Below, piece after piece: positions 51,412 to 60,674 of a stretch of DNA of 64,000 nucleotides. Below the pieces are notes generated by a model. The model searched no databases and was not told where the DNA came from. It saw only the letters and a program-made list of their open reading frames with translations. Both the position numbers and the translations under genes were made by a program. This DNA is from Micavibrio sp. GTDB taxonomy: Bacteria > Patescibacteriota > Minisyncoccia > Moranbacterales > GCA-2747515. Numbering within the stretch: position 1 is the stretch's first letter; each line of letters starts with the position of its first letter. Where the stretch lies: positions 218,891 through 282,890 of the forward strand of contig DYDB01000001.1 of NCBI GenBank assembly GCA_020718085.1, read 5' to 3'.

Positions 51412-51445
51412 GTAACATATTCCCACGGCCGTAGAATTATGTTAC
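51412..51445 (+). repeat. 34-bp palindromic site, copy 3
   Basis: GTAACATATTCCCACGGCCGTAGAATTATGTTAC. Confidence 0.95.
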
Positions 51446-51474
51446 TTATTAAAATTTAATAAGATTTACATTTT

Positions 51475-52029
51475 ATGAATATTGACAATAGAAATAATCA
51501 CAACGCACGTGAAAAATCGCACGCAACGACAACTCGATCTTCCTATTTTATGATGTGGATCATTGTTGGTATCGTAGTGTTCTTAATATTTTTTATAATA
51601 CTTGTTTTTGGTATATTTTTGTTTCAAAAGAATGGGGATAATATGACAACATATGTTTCCACGTCGACTACTGATAAAAAAAACAACCATACATCACTGA
51701 AACCACATGATCCATGTCAAGATTTACTTGCAGGCATGTATCCAGACGGACGGGTTGAGATTAGGGATGAGTCAGACCTGCGCATCATATTGAATGAAAC
51801 TATGCAAAGATTGGCGCAAGTCAACAAAGACCTTTTAATTACATATGACGAGTCCTGCTTGATTTATATAATCACGACTAAATCACTTGTACACAATGAA
51901 AATGATAGCCTAGATGTAGCATACTACAATACGATTGCAAATGAATATATTACTTACTATGACATGGATTCTGATAATCTAAGAAAGGCTCTGGAAATAT
52001 TATTCAATGGAACTCCCAGATCAAAATAA
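51475..52029 (+). CDS. Single-TM hypothetical protein
   Basis: ORF with one strong TM segment. Confidence 0.7.
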   Translation: MNIDNRNNHNAREKSHATTTRSSYFMMWIIVGIVVFLIFFIILVFGIFLFQKNGDNMTTYVSTSTTDKKNNHTSLKPHDPCQDLLAGMYPDGRVEIRDESDLRIILNETMQRLAQVNKDLLITYDESCLIYIITTKSLVHNENDSLDVAYYNTIANEYITYYDMDSDNLRKALEILFNGTPRSK

Positions 52030-52116
52030 TACGTCAAGAGAATCAGGTCAAGAACTTTGTGTTTTTGTGCCATATTACCTAATGATATAATATAGCCGCT
52101 ACAAAATTTCAAAAAA

Positions 52117-52150
52117 GTAACATATTCCCACGGCCGTATAATTATGTTAC
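52117..52150 (+). repeat. 34-bp palindromic site, copy 4
   Basis: GTAACATATTCCCACGGCCGTATAATTATGTTAC. Confidence 0.95.
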
Positions 52151-52162
52151 GCTTGGTATGTT

Positions 52163-52726
52163 ATGTACAAAATAGGGAAGGTACAAAAAAAGATCCTTAT
52201 TTCACTTTTTGGTGGTGTCGCACTTGGTCTTTCACATTCGCCACGACAGTATTTTGCAACACTTTCGGTTATCCATAAAGATTGGCAAAAGATCAATCAA
52301 CGCAGTTTTGCGCGATCACTCAAGAGACTATCTCAAGAAAAACTCATCAAAGAATGTAAGATGCCGAATGGGTCATATAAACTTGTTTTGACTGCAGAGG
52401 GGAAAAAGATAGCGCATCAGTTAGACCTCTTTGGATCGGTCAAAACATTTATAAAACCCAAGAAATGGGATGGAAAGTGGCGCATTGTGATCTTTGATAT
52501 ACCGGAAAATGATCGTGTATTTCGTGATATTTTGCGCAAGCATCTCTATACATTGGAATTCAAACAATTACAGCAAAGTGTTTTTGTCTCACCGTATCCG
52601 TGTGAAAAAACGATATTAGATCTCGTGCGTCTATACAATGCAGGCAAATATGTTCGAGTAATTACAGCATCAGACATCGACAACGCTTCTGATCTCAAAA
52701 AACATTTTTTCAAAAAGGTAAAGTAA
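52163..52726 (+). CDS. PaaX-type protein: winged helix plus Cas2-like ferredoxin-fold domain
   Basis: LKRL...YKLVLTAEG wHTH wing; WDGKWRIVIFDIPE...LQQSVFV; stop codon lies inside repeat copy 5. Confidence 0.85.
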   Translation: MYKIGKVQKKILISLFGGVALGLSHSPRQYFATLSVIHKDWQKINQRSFARSLKRLSQEKLIKECKMPNGSYKLVLTAEGKKIAHQLDLFGSVKTFIKPKKWDGKWRIVIFDIPENDRVFRDILRKHLYTLEFKQLQQSVFVSPYPCEKTILDLVRLYNAGKYVRVITASDIDNASDLKKHFFKKVK

Positions 52727-52756
52727 CATAATTATACGGCCGTGAGATTATGTTAC
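52723..52756 (-). repeat. 34-bp palindromic site, copy 5 (inverted)
   Basis: Reverse complement is GTAACATAATCTCACGGCCGTATAATTATGTTAC. Confidence 0.95.
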
Positions 52757-52808
52757 AATAAATAAATTATAAGTATTGTATCAATAAATTATATTAAATT
52801 GTGAATTT

Positions 52809-53309
52809 ATGAGTAAAGTTATTTGTACAGATAGAGATGGTAATACACATGAGGTTTCATCTGAAGAGTTGCGTTTTCGTCCCTCTGTGTATGGTGTGAT
52901 CATAAAAGACGGCGCACTACTTTTGTCCAAACAGTGGGATGGCTATGATTTTCCCGGAGGAGGTATTGAGATTGGTGAGGAAATCAAAAGCGCTCTTGTG
53001 CGAGAAGTCAAAGAGGAAACCGGCATGGATGTGACGGTGGGAGAAATTGTGGCATGTGAAAATTCTTTTTATAAGCCCCTTTTAGATGATTCACATAATA
53101 ACGGTTGTTTACATTCTATCCTGATCTATTATCTGTGTAATGTTATAGGCGGGGAACTCTCTATTGATCATATTGCAGATAATGAAAAAAAATACATCTC
53201 CATGCCGGAATGGATTCCCCTTGAAAATGTTGACAAGGTCAAATTTTATAATTCAATTGATAGCATGCAAATCATTCAACAAGCGCAACATGTTCTAAAT
53301 TCAATTTAA
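52809..53309 (+). CDS. Nudix hydrolase
   Basis: GGGIEIGE..ALVREVKEETG. Confidence 0.92.
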   Translation: MSKVICTDRDGNTHEVSSEELRFRPSVYGVIIKDGALLLSKQWDGYDFPGGGIEIGEEIKSALVREVKEETGMDVTVGEIVACENSFYKPLLDDSHNNGCLHSILIYYLCNVIGGELSIDHIADNEKKYISMPEWIPLENVDKVKFYNSIDSMQIIQQAQHVLNSI

Positions 53310-53330
53310 AAATTTATTAGTATACTTAAT

Positions 53331-54131
53331 ATGGATAAAGATAAAAATAAAGTTGCAATAGTTACTGGAGGTGCCTTGGGGTATATGAATGGTGGCCCAT
53401 CTATTGGTGGTTCTATAGCAATGCGCTTGGCTAATGATGGATACAGGGTGGTTGTGGTCGATCTCGGAGAGATGGGTCAAAGAACTGTAGATGTCATTGG
53501 CAAAAATGGTGGCGAGGCCATTTTCTTGCAGTTGGATGTCACAAAAACAGAAGATGTAAGGAAGATCGTGGAAACAACAGTGGACACGTTTGGTGGTGTG
53601 ACCTGTTTGGTAAATTGTGTTGCACGGTATAGTCCTGGTATGGCCAAGAATGTGGTTGATATTTCCGAAGAAGAATGGGATGAGACGCTCAAAGTAAATC
53701 TCACAGGATATTTTTTGATGGCGAAATATACTATCCCGGAAATACTGAAAACTGGAGGTGGTACGATCATAAACATCTCTTCAATCGAAAGTGACATTGC
53801 ATTGCCGAACTTTAGTGTATATTCAGTTTCAAAAGGTGCAATTGATGCACTGACACGAACTGTTGCAACTGATTTTGCCCCGCTTATCAGATGCAATTCT
53901 GTATTACCAGGGTTTGTAAAGATCGCAAATTCTGAAAATGATCGTTCGGAGCACGAATTAGAGGAATGGTATCAAAACATTGCAAAAAAATATCCGATGA
54001 AAAGAGTGTGTGAAACACATGAAGTGGCCAATGTCGTTTCCTTTCTTGCTGGCGATGAATCGTCATATATAAATGGTCAATCAATTGTTGTGGATGGTGG
54101 AAAAGGAATTGCAGATGCACATGAGTTTTAA
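53331..54131 (+). CDS. SDR oxidoreductase
   Basis: VTGGA, NISS, YSVSK, PG. Confidence 0.92.
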   Translation: MDKDKNKVAIVTGGALGYMNGGPSIGGSIAMRLANDGYRVVVVDLGEMGQRTVDVIGKNGGEAIFLQLDVTKTEDVRKIVETTVDTFGGVTCLVNCVARYSPGMAKNVVDISEEEWDETLKVNLTGYFLMAKYTIPEILKTGGGTIINISSIESDIALPNFSVYSVSKGAIDALTRTVATDFAPLIRCNSVLPGFVKIANSENDRSEHELEEWYQNIAKKYPMKRVCETHEVANVVSFLAGDESSYINGQSIVVDGGKGIADAHEF

Positions 54132-54190
54132 AAAATGAAATAATTCAAGATGCTTTAGAGTACTACATAACAAGTAACTTATTAACTTTT

Positions 54191-54397
54191 ATGCATATGC
54201 AAGTCAATGAAAGCGCTATGGACCGTGTTTTGCGAGCAATCGGTGGTGTTGTGGTGTTATATTTCTCCTATATGGCATTCACAGGATGGATACAGATCGT
54301 AGGTTATGTGATCGCTGCAGTGCTCATTTTCACCGCTATTACGGGGTTTTGCGCGCTATATAAAGTACTTGGTATCAATACCAACAAGGCTGAATAG
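54191..54397 (+). CDS. DUF2892/YgaP-like membrane protein
   Basis: NES..DR..R, GFCALYKVLGINT. Confidence 0.85.
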   Translation: MHMQVNESAMDRVLRAIGGVVVLYFSYMAFTGWIQIVGYVIAAVLIFTAITGFCALYKVLGINTNKAE

Positions 54398-54429
54398 AAG
54401 AAGTATTTTTGTTATTAAGATCATAGAGT

Positions 54430-54924
54430 ATGGTTATCGAAGCAATTCAAAAACGCAGAAGTATGCGTATGTACAAAACCGATGCGGTTTCTGAAGATGT
54501 GATCAATGAGATCATCAAAGCCGGGCAGTTTGCGCCAACAGCACATGGTACTGGAGCTGTTGAATTTCTAGTAATTACCGATGCAAAAATGAAGAAAGAT
54601 ATTTTTGACATTGTGGGTCAAGATTATGTTACAGAAGCGCCTGTGCTTATCATACCTGTTGCAACTGATGCAACAGTGCTTCCTGTGCAAGATATCTCCG
54701 TAGCAACGCAAAATATGCTTTTACAAGCGACCGATCTGGGACTAGGCAGCGTATGGAAGCATGTCGTACCTGAATGGGCAGGAAAGATCAAAGAAATGCT
54801 TTCTATTCCAGAAGGTTATCATGTGATCAATATGGTACCCATTGGATTGCCAAATGATCCGGATGTTATAGAACATGCAGATGATGATTTCAAGATCGAA
54901 AAAATTCATCGAGAAAAATGGTAA
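54430..54924 (+). CDS. Nitroreductase family protein
   Basis: RRSMR, APT, QNMLLQA..LGLGSVW. Confidence 0.9.
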   Translation: MVIEAIQKRRSMRMYKTDAVSEDVINEIIKAGQFAPTAHGTGAVEFLVITDAKMKKDIFDIVGQDYVTEAPVLIIPVATDATVLPVQDISVATQNMLLQATDLGLGSVWKHVVPEWAGKIKEMLSIPEGYHVINMVPIGLPNDPDVIEHADDDFKIEKIHREKW

Positions 54925-55009
54925 GGATGGTGCACTTTTGAAGAATAAAATTAAAAGCTCCAGGAGTTATCCGGGAGCTTTTTGTGATACAAGATATAAA
55001 CGAATCAGA

Positions 55010-55510
55010 TCATTCACTGAAAAACGTGAATAGTACTTCTTTGGTGAGTCGCTTTGGAAGTCCGAAACAATGTTTCAAAATTTCGGCGACACGTTTCTGA
55101 TCCTGCTTATTGTTGAAATGCGTGATGGAGGAAAATGTGATCGGCAGAAATGTCGGCACTTTTTCAATTCCTTGTGCACTCAAGCGAGATACACATTCTT
55201 TGTCGTCGCAACACGTGTATGCCGCACTCATCGAATAACCAAATCGTTCAGAACCAAGATATGAAAAGAAAGAAACCGTTTTTTTGTTGCACTGCGGACA
55301 AATCATTTTTGGTATACGACTGCTGCCTTGTGCAAGCACCCACTCAATGTGCTTGTGCAGTTTATTTTTGGCTCCGGCACTTTTTTCGTTGAGCAAATTT
55401 TTCATGAACACTAACCAACCATAGTCAGTGAACATGAGTTGCTCGATACTTTTTCCTTTTTTCTTGCCACTTTCAATTACATATGGTGCACACGGGTTAT
55501 ATGCTGTCAC
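55010..55510 (-). CDS. Hypothetical protein with a putative Zn-binding motif
   Basis: SD AGGAGG, GTG start, CPQC..CC..C; own TTGACA-17-TAAAAT promoter. Confidence 0.75.
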   Translation of the reverse strand: MTAYNPCAPYVIESGKKKGKSIEQLMFTDYGWLVFMKNLLNEKSAGAKNKLHKHIEWVLAQGSSRIPKMICPQCNKKTVSFFSYLGSERFGYSMSAAYTCCDDKECVSRLSAQGIEKVPTFLPITFSSITHFNNKQDQKRVAEILKHCFGLPKRLTKEVLFTFFSE

Positions 55511-55668
55511 TGGTCAATCCTCCTGTATTTTTCTGATATGTTGCTGTTAAATTACGTTTACCAATTGTCTATTTTACTACTTTTTAAGGTCTTTGTCAAT
55601 CATTACTGCAATAAAAATCGTGCTATACTATCAAAAAAGCATGACTTTATTATAGAATTTCAACTTTT

Positions 55669-56652
55669 ATGCATAAAAGAAAAATTATCACATTACTGGG
55701 TGGCAGTCTGTGTATTATCATCATTTCAACAATGATATACTTTTTCCTTTTTAGTAAAAATCACGAGGAGGAGAGTGTATTTGTGGTGGGAAGAAATCAA
55801 ACGGAATCAGAGATCATTGCTAAATTGTACGCGCAAAATTTGATAAAAAACAAAACGATCTTTTCGGCAGCGCTTTTTCTCAGAGGAAAGCATGATAAGA
55901 TCGAACCTGGCGGTTATTATATGTCACAAACAATGACCTCTTGGCAGATCATTGATAAAGTCACTTCTTCGCCTGATATGAAATGGGTGATTGTACGTGA
56001 GGGATTACGCAAAGAACAGATCGGAGAATTACTGGCAGAAACATTTGGATGGAATACTGAGGATGTGGAAAAATGGAATACAATATACACAAAGATGGAC
56101 ATTGATCATGTGGAAGGAACATATTTTCCTGACACCTATTTGATCCCAATCGATGAAGATGGTTTGGCAATTGCAAAAAGAATGACGCGACGATTCAATG
56201 AACAGTTTGAACCATACATCACCCAATTTGCCGAGCAAAACATCAAATGGACAACTGGTCTCACATTGGCATCGATCATTCAAAGAGAAGCCGCTGGAAA
56301 AGAGGATATGTCACTTATCGCCGGTATTTTGTGGAATCGTTTGGAGAAAGATATGAAGTTGGAGATCGATGCAACCGTACAATATGCGCGAGGCAAGACA
56401 GAGGAAGGATGGTGGACACTTATATCATCAGAGGATATTCAAACGATCGATTCTCCATATAACACATATATGTATAACGGATTACCGCCACACCCAATTG
56501 CCAATCCGGGAATAGATGCCATTGACGCTGTTTTACATCCTACCCAAACAAATTGCTTGTATTATCTTCACGACAGTAACCGACAGATCCATTGTGCGGA
56601 AACATATGAAGGACATAAGGAAAATATTGAAAAGTATCTTCGCAATGAGTAA
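55669..56652 (+). CDS. mltG: Endolytic transglycosylase MltG
   Basis: EGTYFPDTY, LASIIQRE, DATVQY, SPYNTY..GLPP.PI.NPG. Confidence 0.93.
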   Translation: MHKRKIITLLGGSLCIIIISTMIYFFLFSKNHEEESVFVVGRNQTESEIIAKLYAQNLIKNKTIFSAALFLRGKHDKIEPGGYYMSQTMTSWQIIDKVTSSPDMKWVIVREGLRKEQIGELLAETFGWNTEDVEKWNTIYTKMDIDHVEGTYFPDTYLIPIDEDGLAIAKRMTRRFNEQFEPYITQFAEQNIKWTTGLTLASIIQREAAGKEDMSLIAGILWNRLEKDMKLEIDATVQYARGKTEEGWWTLISSEDIQTIDSPYNTYMYNGLPPHPIANPGIDAIDAVLHPTQTNCLYYLHDSNRQIHCAETYEGHKENIEKYLRNE

Positions 56653-56723
56653 ATAAAAAAGGCTCTATACAAACTGTGATTGTATAGAGCCTTCCGCCTA
56701 TCATGATAGGGAAAATCCTCTCC

Positions 56724-57044
56724 TTACTTTTTTTCTTCTTTTCTGAAAATGTCCGTGGTGATGCCAAGAGCATCTGCAAAATCCATTACATTTTTTTCGG
56801 TACCCTCGACCATGTAAATGATCTGCATGTCTGCGCCAATTTCCAGTGAAATTCTCAGAAAATCTATATTCTCCTCGAATTCTGCTGCATCATCATCCCT
56901 CATAATGCTCCATTTGACTCGATCCAAGGGTATTTTTACCGGAAGACCTGAGATACGGTGTATTGTGACGATGTCGGAATCATGTAAGACCGAACGGTCA
57001 ATGCCAAAGATCTCTTCCTTTAAAATTTCAATTTTTTCACTCAT
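56724..57044 (-). CDS. Hypothetical protein
   Basis: SD AAGGAG and own promoter. Confidence 0.65.
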   Translation of the reverse strand: MSEKIEILKEEIFGIDRSVLHDSDIVTIHRISGLPVKIPLDRVKWSIMRDDDAAEFEENIDFLRISLEIGADMQIIYMVEGTEKNVMDFADALGITTDIFRKEEKK

Positions 57045-57271
57045 AGAAAGTTCTCCTTTTGTGAGAGGTGATATCATTTGGTGATGAAAAATTAACGAAC
57101 TGCGAAAAATCAATATAGCATAATATAAGTACATTGTCAATCATACACCAAAGGAATTGACAAGCGTGACATGCGGGATTTTTGATATGCTCAAAATGTC
57201 TACTTTTATGCTTTGTATTTCGCGTATTTATGACATACAATGAAAATGGTTCGACATGTGTGAATAAATTT

Positions 57272-57802
57272 ATGGAGAAAAATATTCTCAAAGAATTACA
57301 GAAAATTCCCGGAGTGGGGAAGAGCATTGCGGCTGATCTCTATGAAATTGGCATAAGATCTGTGAGTGATCTGCGCAATAAAGATCCGGAGGATCTCTAC
57401 GAAAGATCAAATATGATCGCAGGCCAACAGCAAGATCGCTGTTTGTTATATGTTTTTCGCTGTGCCATATATTTTGCCAAAACAAAAAAACCTATCCCAG
57501 AGAAATTACAGTGGTGGTATTGGAAAGATCCTCAAAAAAGGAAACGTTCCTCCTATTATCTTTATATCCTTCAGTGTGCAGATAAAACGCTCTACACAGG
57601 TATCACAACAGATGTCTCGCGTCGTGTGACTGAACATAACAAGAGTGTGCTAGGAGCAAAATACACGACTTCGCGCAGACCGGTAAAACTCCTTTACACA
57701 CAAAAATTCACGGATCGCTCTTCTGCATCTGTAGCAGAAGCAAAGATCAAAAAAATGAAACGGAAGGAGAAACTGAAACTTATTATTTCTTCACATCCAT
57801 AA
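57272..57802 (+). CDS. Helix-hairpin-helix (Cdd1-like) plus GIY-YIG nuclease fusion
   Basis: IPGVGKS, DRCLLYVFRCA, WWYWKD; then YLYILQC..LYTGIT..RR..EHN..AKYT. Confidence 0.82.
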   Translation: MEKNILKELQKIPGVGKSIAADLYEIGIRSVSDLRNKDPEDLYERSNMIAGQQQDRCLLYVFRCAIYFAKTKKPIPEKLQWWYWKDPQKRKRSSYYLYILQCADKTLYTGITTDVSRRVTEHNKSVLGAKYTTSRRPVKLLYTQKFTDRSSASVAEAKIKKMKRKEKLKLIISSHP

Positions 57803-57818
57803 ATCTTATTATTTCGTT

Positions 57819-58928
57819 ATGACAACTTTTCTTTTTATATTAACGATATTCTTTGCCATCCTATGCGCAGGACACTATTTTTTGTATATTTCCACAATTA
57901 CATTTTTTACAATCAAAAATACTTGCACCAAAAGGATATTGATGACCATTTTTTTACTTGGTTGTGTGAGTTTTGTAATTTCTACATTTCTTGTACATTA
58001 CAGTGATAACACTATCACACGATTAATATACATTGCTTCTGGTTTGTGGCTGGCCATAGGCTGGCATGTGATTATGGCATTTACCCTTGTGTGGCTGATC
58101 ATTGGTATGAACATGCGCATGCATTATGCTCTGAATTTCAAAAAAATCGCTGTAATATTGCTCTCATGTGCACTTATATGGTCTGGCTATGGCTTATGGT
58201 GTGCTTTTCATCCAAAGGTCGTCCATGTCACCGTAAAGATCAAAGACCTTCCAGACTCTTGGAAAGATAAGACGGCAGTGCAACTATCGGATATACATTT
58301 AGGCAATATCTATGGTGCAAAATTTATTGAAAATGTGATCTCAAAAGTAAATGCTGAGCATCCTGATATTGTATTCATCACAGGAGATCTGTTTGACGGT
58401 ATGGACGGTGCACGTGAACACTTGCTCACACCGATCAAGAATCTACACACAACTGACGGTATATTTTTCATTACCGGTAATCATGAAATGTATGTTGGCG
58501 TAGATGCCGTGTATAAAACGATCGAGAACACGTCCATACATGTTTTAAATGATGAAATGAGATCTGTTGATGATATGCAAATTGTTGGAATAGCCTATCC
58601 TGAACGGGGTGCAGTAAAAAATATACGAGAAACACTACAAAATATCCAAGATTTTGATCCACAAAAACCAAATATTTTACTTTATCATACACCGGCTGGT
58701 GCATCGGAAGCGCAACAAGCGGGGATAGATCTTCAATTGGCCGGACATACACATCGAGGACAATTATTCCCATTTCAATTGATCACGCGATACATTTATG
58801 GTCCATATTTTTATGGGCAAACTAAAGAAGATGATTTTACGATGTATACATCTGGTGGTGTAGGTACATGGGGACCGCCGATGCGCACATCAGGACGTCC
58901 GGAAATTGTGATCATTCATTTTAAATAA
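57819..58928 (+). CDS. Membrane-bound metallophosphoesterase
   Basis: DIH, GDLFD, GNHE, GHTH; N-terminal TM segments. Confidence 0.92.
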   Translation: MTTFLFILTIFFAILCAGHYFLYISTITFFTIKNTCTKRILMTIFLLGCVSFVISTFLVHYSDNTITRLIYIASGLWLAIGWHVIMAFTLVWLIIGMNMRMHYALNFKKIAVILLSCALIWSGYGLWCAFHPKVVHVTVKIKDLPDSWKDKTAVQLSDIHLGNIYGAKFIENVISKVNAEHPDIVFITGDLFDGMDGAREHLLTPIKNLHTTDGIFFITGNHEMYVGVDAVYKTIENTSIHVLNDEMRSVDDMQIVGIAYPERGAVKNIRETLQNIQDFDPQKPNILLYHTPAGASEAQQAGIDLQLAGHTHRGQLFPFQLITRYIYGPYFYGQTKEDDFTMYTSGGVGTWGPPMRTSGRPEIVIIHFK

Positions 58929-58946
58929 ATTAAAATATACAAAATT

Positions 58947-59654
58947 ATGCCAACAAAAAAATGTCCGCATTGCAAAAAAGATATGCATGGTATCGACATG
59001 CTTTCACATTATGGTATCAATATCAGCATTGATCAATGTACGATCTGCGGTGGTATGTGGTTTGATAATGCGGAATTGTATCAAATTGATCCGGCGGAAT
59101 CTGCAAGAGCTGATCTGGCGCAACTAACATACAACACGACTTTGACACAAAAAATTACCTGCCCGAATGATGGCACGCCGCTTGAATCCTTTCATGACCC
59201 ACAATATCCAAAAACACTTACAATCAAGCAATGCTCCGTATGCTTTGGCACATGGCTCAATAGGGGGGAGTTTCATACATTTAGCTCTGAGCGACAAAAG
59301 ATCGTTGCACAACATACGCCGGAAATAAGCCCTGAGGACAAAGAATATCAAGAAACTCTACGACAGATCATGCATGACAGTGTTGATAAAAAAGATATGA
59401 AACGCGTACAGCACCTTGTAGATTTCTTAGCAGGACCAAAACCGAATGTTTTGCAAAAAGAAGAATATACAGATGAAATGTCCCATGCAATGAATCTCTT
59501 TTCCTCTCGTGGCAAAACATTTATTCATGGCATGAGCATGATCGCAAAAACCGTGCCATTACCATATCAACCGATTGCCGGTCTCATCCTTTTAGTTGCT
59601 CTGATCCTGGACATGACATTTAAAACAATAATTGAAAAAGAAAAACAAATTTGA
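58947..59654 (+). CDS. Tandem TFIIB-type Zn-ribbon protein with a C-terminal TM
   Basis: CPHC..IDQCTICGGMWFD, repeated as CPND..CSVCFGTWL. Confidence 0.82.
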   Translation: MPTKKCPHCKKDMHGIDMLSHYGINISIDQCTICGGMWFDNAELYQIDPAESARADLAQLTYNTTLTQKITCPNDGTPLESFHDPQYPKTLTIKQCSVCFGTWLNRGEFHTFSSERQKIVAQHTPEISPEDKEYQETLRQIMHDSVDKKDMKRVQHLVDFLAGPKPNVLQKEEYTDEMSHAMNLFSSRGKTFIHGMSMIAKTVPLPYQPIAGLILLVALILDMTFKTIIEKEKQI

Positions 59655-59689
59655 CAAAGATCTCTATTTTATGTTAAAAGAGAATCACA

Positions 59690-59905
59690 AATAGTAATTA
59701 AGATTTATGAGCCATCATAGATACACATACATGACAAAGCCATGTAGCGATCAAATCGTAGCGGATCGCGGGCTTTTTAGTGTGTGTGACCAAGCTTGTT
59801 TTTACAAGGATATCTATGTGCGTATAATTACATAAAAAATACTTTATTATCCTTCATTTTTGAATCAAAAACAATCTCGGTCAGACACTGACCGAGTTTT
59901 TGTTT
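59690..59905 (+). promoter_or_regulatory. Structured leader with a 42-codon ORF and terminator upstream of the GNAT gene
   Basis: TTGACA at 59651; nested stems at about 59716-59818; terminator at 59867-59905. Confidence 0.5.
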
Positions 59906-60056
59906 GTTGTCTGTTAATTAATCACTTCACATTTCAGTTCTTTCACAATTCCATACAAAGGAGGTATTTAGTCATGAAAACGTAAATGCGCACTATTTAA
60001 CTGACAACTGTTTTTTTCATCTGTCAAAATTACTGACCTTAAAAAGGAGAATCATC

Positions 60057-60593
60057 ATGTTACAAGATAATAACATCGTTTTACGGCCGTTATCTCTCAC
60101 TGATCTCGACGAGATCATGACATGGATCAACGATCTGGAAGTAAATCAATACATTCTTCGCGTTTTGCCAATTACCAAAGAGAGTGAATCCGCATGGATC
60201 ACATCTTTGTCGGACAGTAAGACTGATATTGTCTTTGGCATTTGCTATCAGGACAATGCCCAGGAAAAATTAGTTGGCACGTGCGGTCTGCACAAGGTCA
60301 ATTGGATCGATCGTTCAGCAATCACGGGCATTGCAATCGGAAATAAAGACTACTGGCAGAAAAAGATCGGATCGATCACCTTTCACCTGCTGATCACCTA
60401 CGCATTCGTGAATCTCAATCTTCATAGAATTTCTTCTAGTGCGTTATCATTCAATGTGCGAAGCATTGCAATGCATAAACGTCTTGGCTTCACAGAGGAG
60501 GGCAGGGAACGAGAAGGGGTATATCGTCATGGTGTCTATCATGACATAATCAACTTCGGACTTCTGCAAAAAGAATATATGGATAAGAAATAA
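60057..60593 (+). CDS. GNAT acetyltransferase (RimJ/RimL/SpeG-like)
   Basis: LRPL, IGNKDYW, LNLHRI, N.RSI..HKRLGF.EEG. Confidence 0.9.
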   Translation: MLQDNNIVLRPLSLTDLDEIMTWINDLEVNQYILRVLPITKESESAWITSLSDSKTDIVFGICYQDNAQEKLVGTCGLHKVNWIDRSAITGIAIGNKDYWQKKIGSITFHLLITYAFVNLNLHRISSSALSFNVRSIAMHKRLGFTEEGREREGVYRHGVYHDIINFGLLQKEYMDKK

Positions 60594-60674
60594 TATTAAA
60601 AGACCTGTGTAAATAATTACGCAGGTCTTTTCCTTTTATTCAAAATAATAGGGAAGAATGGAGCTGTTAATTCC

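Noticed and set aside
49693-52756. CRISPR array with cas2
   Set aside because: The repeat length is CRISPR-like, but the intervals are 570-900 bp, contain whole genes and include an inverted copy. There is no cas1 or other cas gene.
49693-52756. Classical integron attC array
   Set aside because: The sites are shorter than attC (about 57 bp or more), lack a strict RYYYAAC/GTTRRRY pair and extrahelical bases, and no intI is present. Kept only as an analogy.
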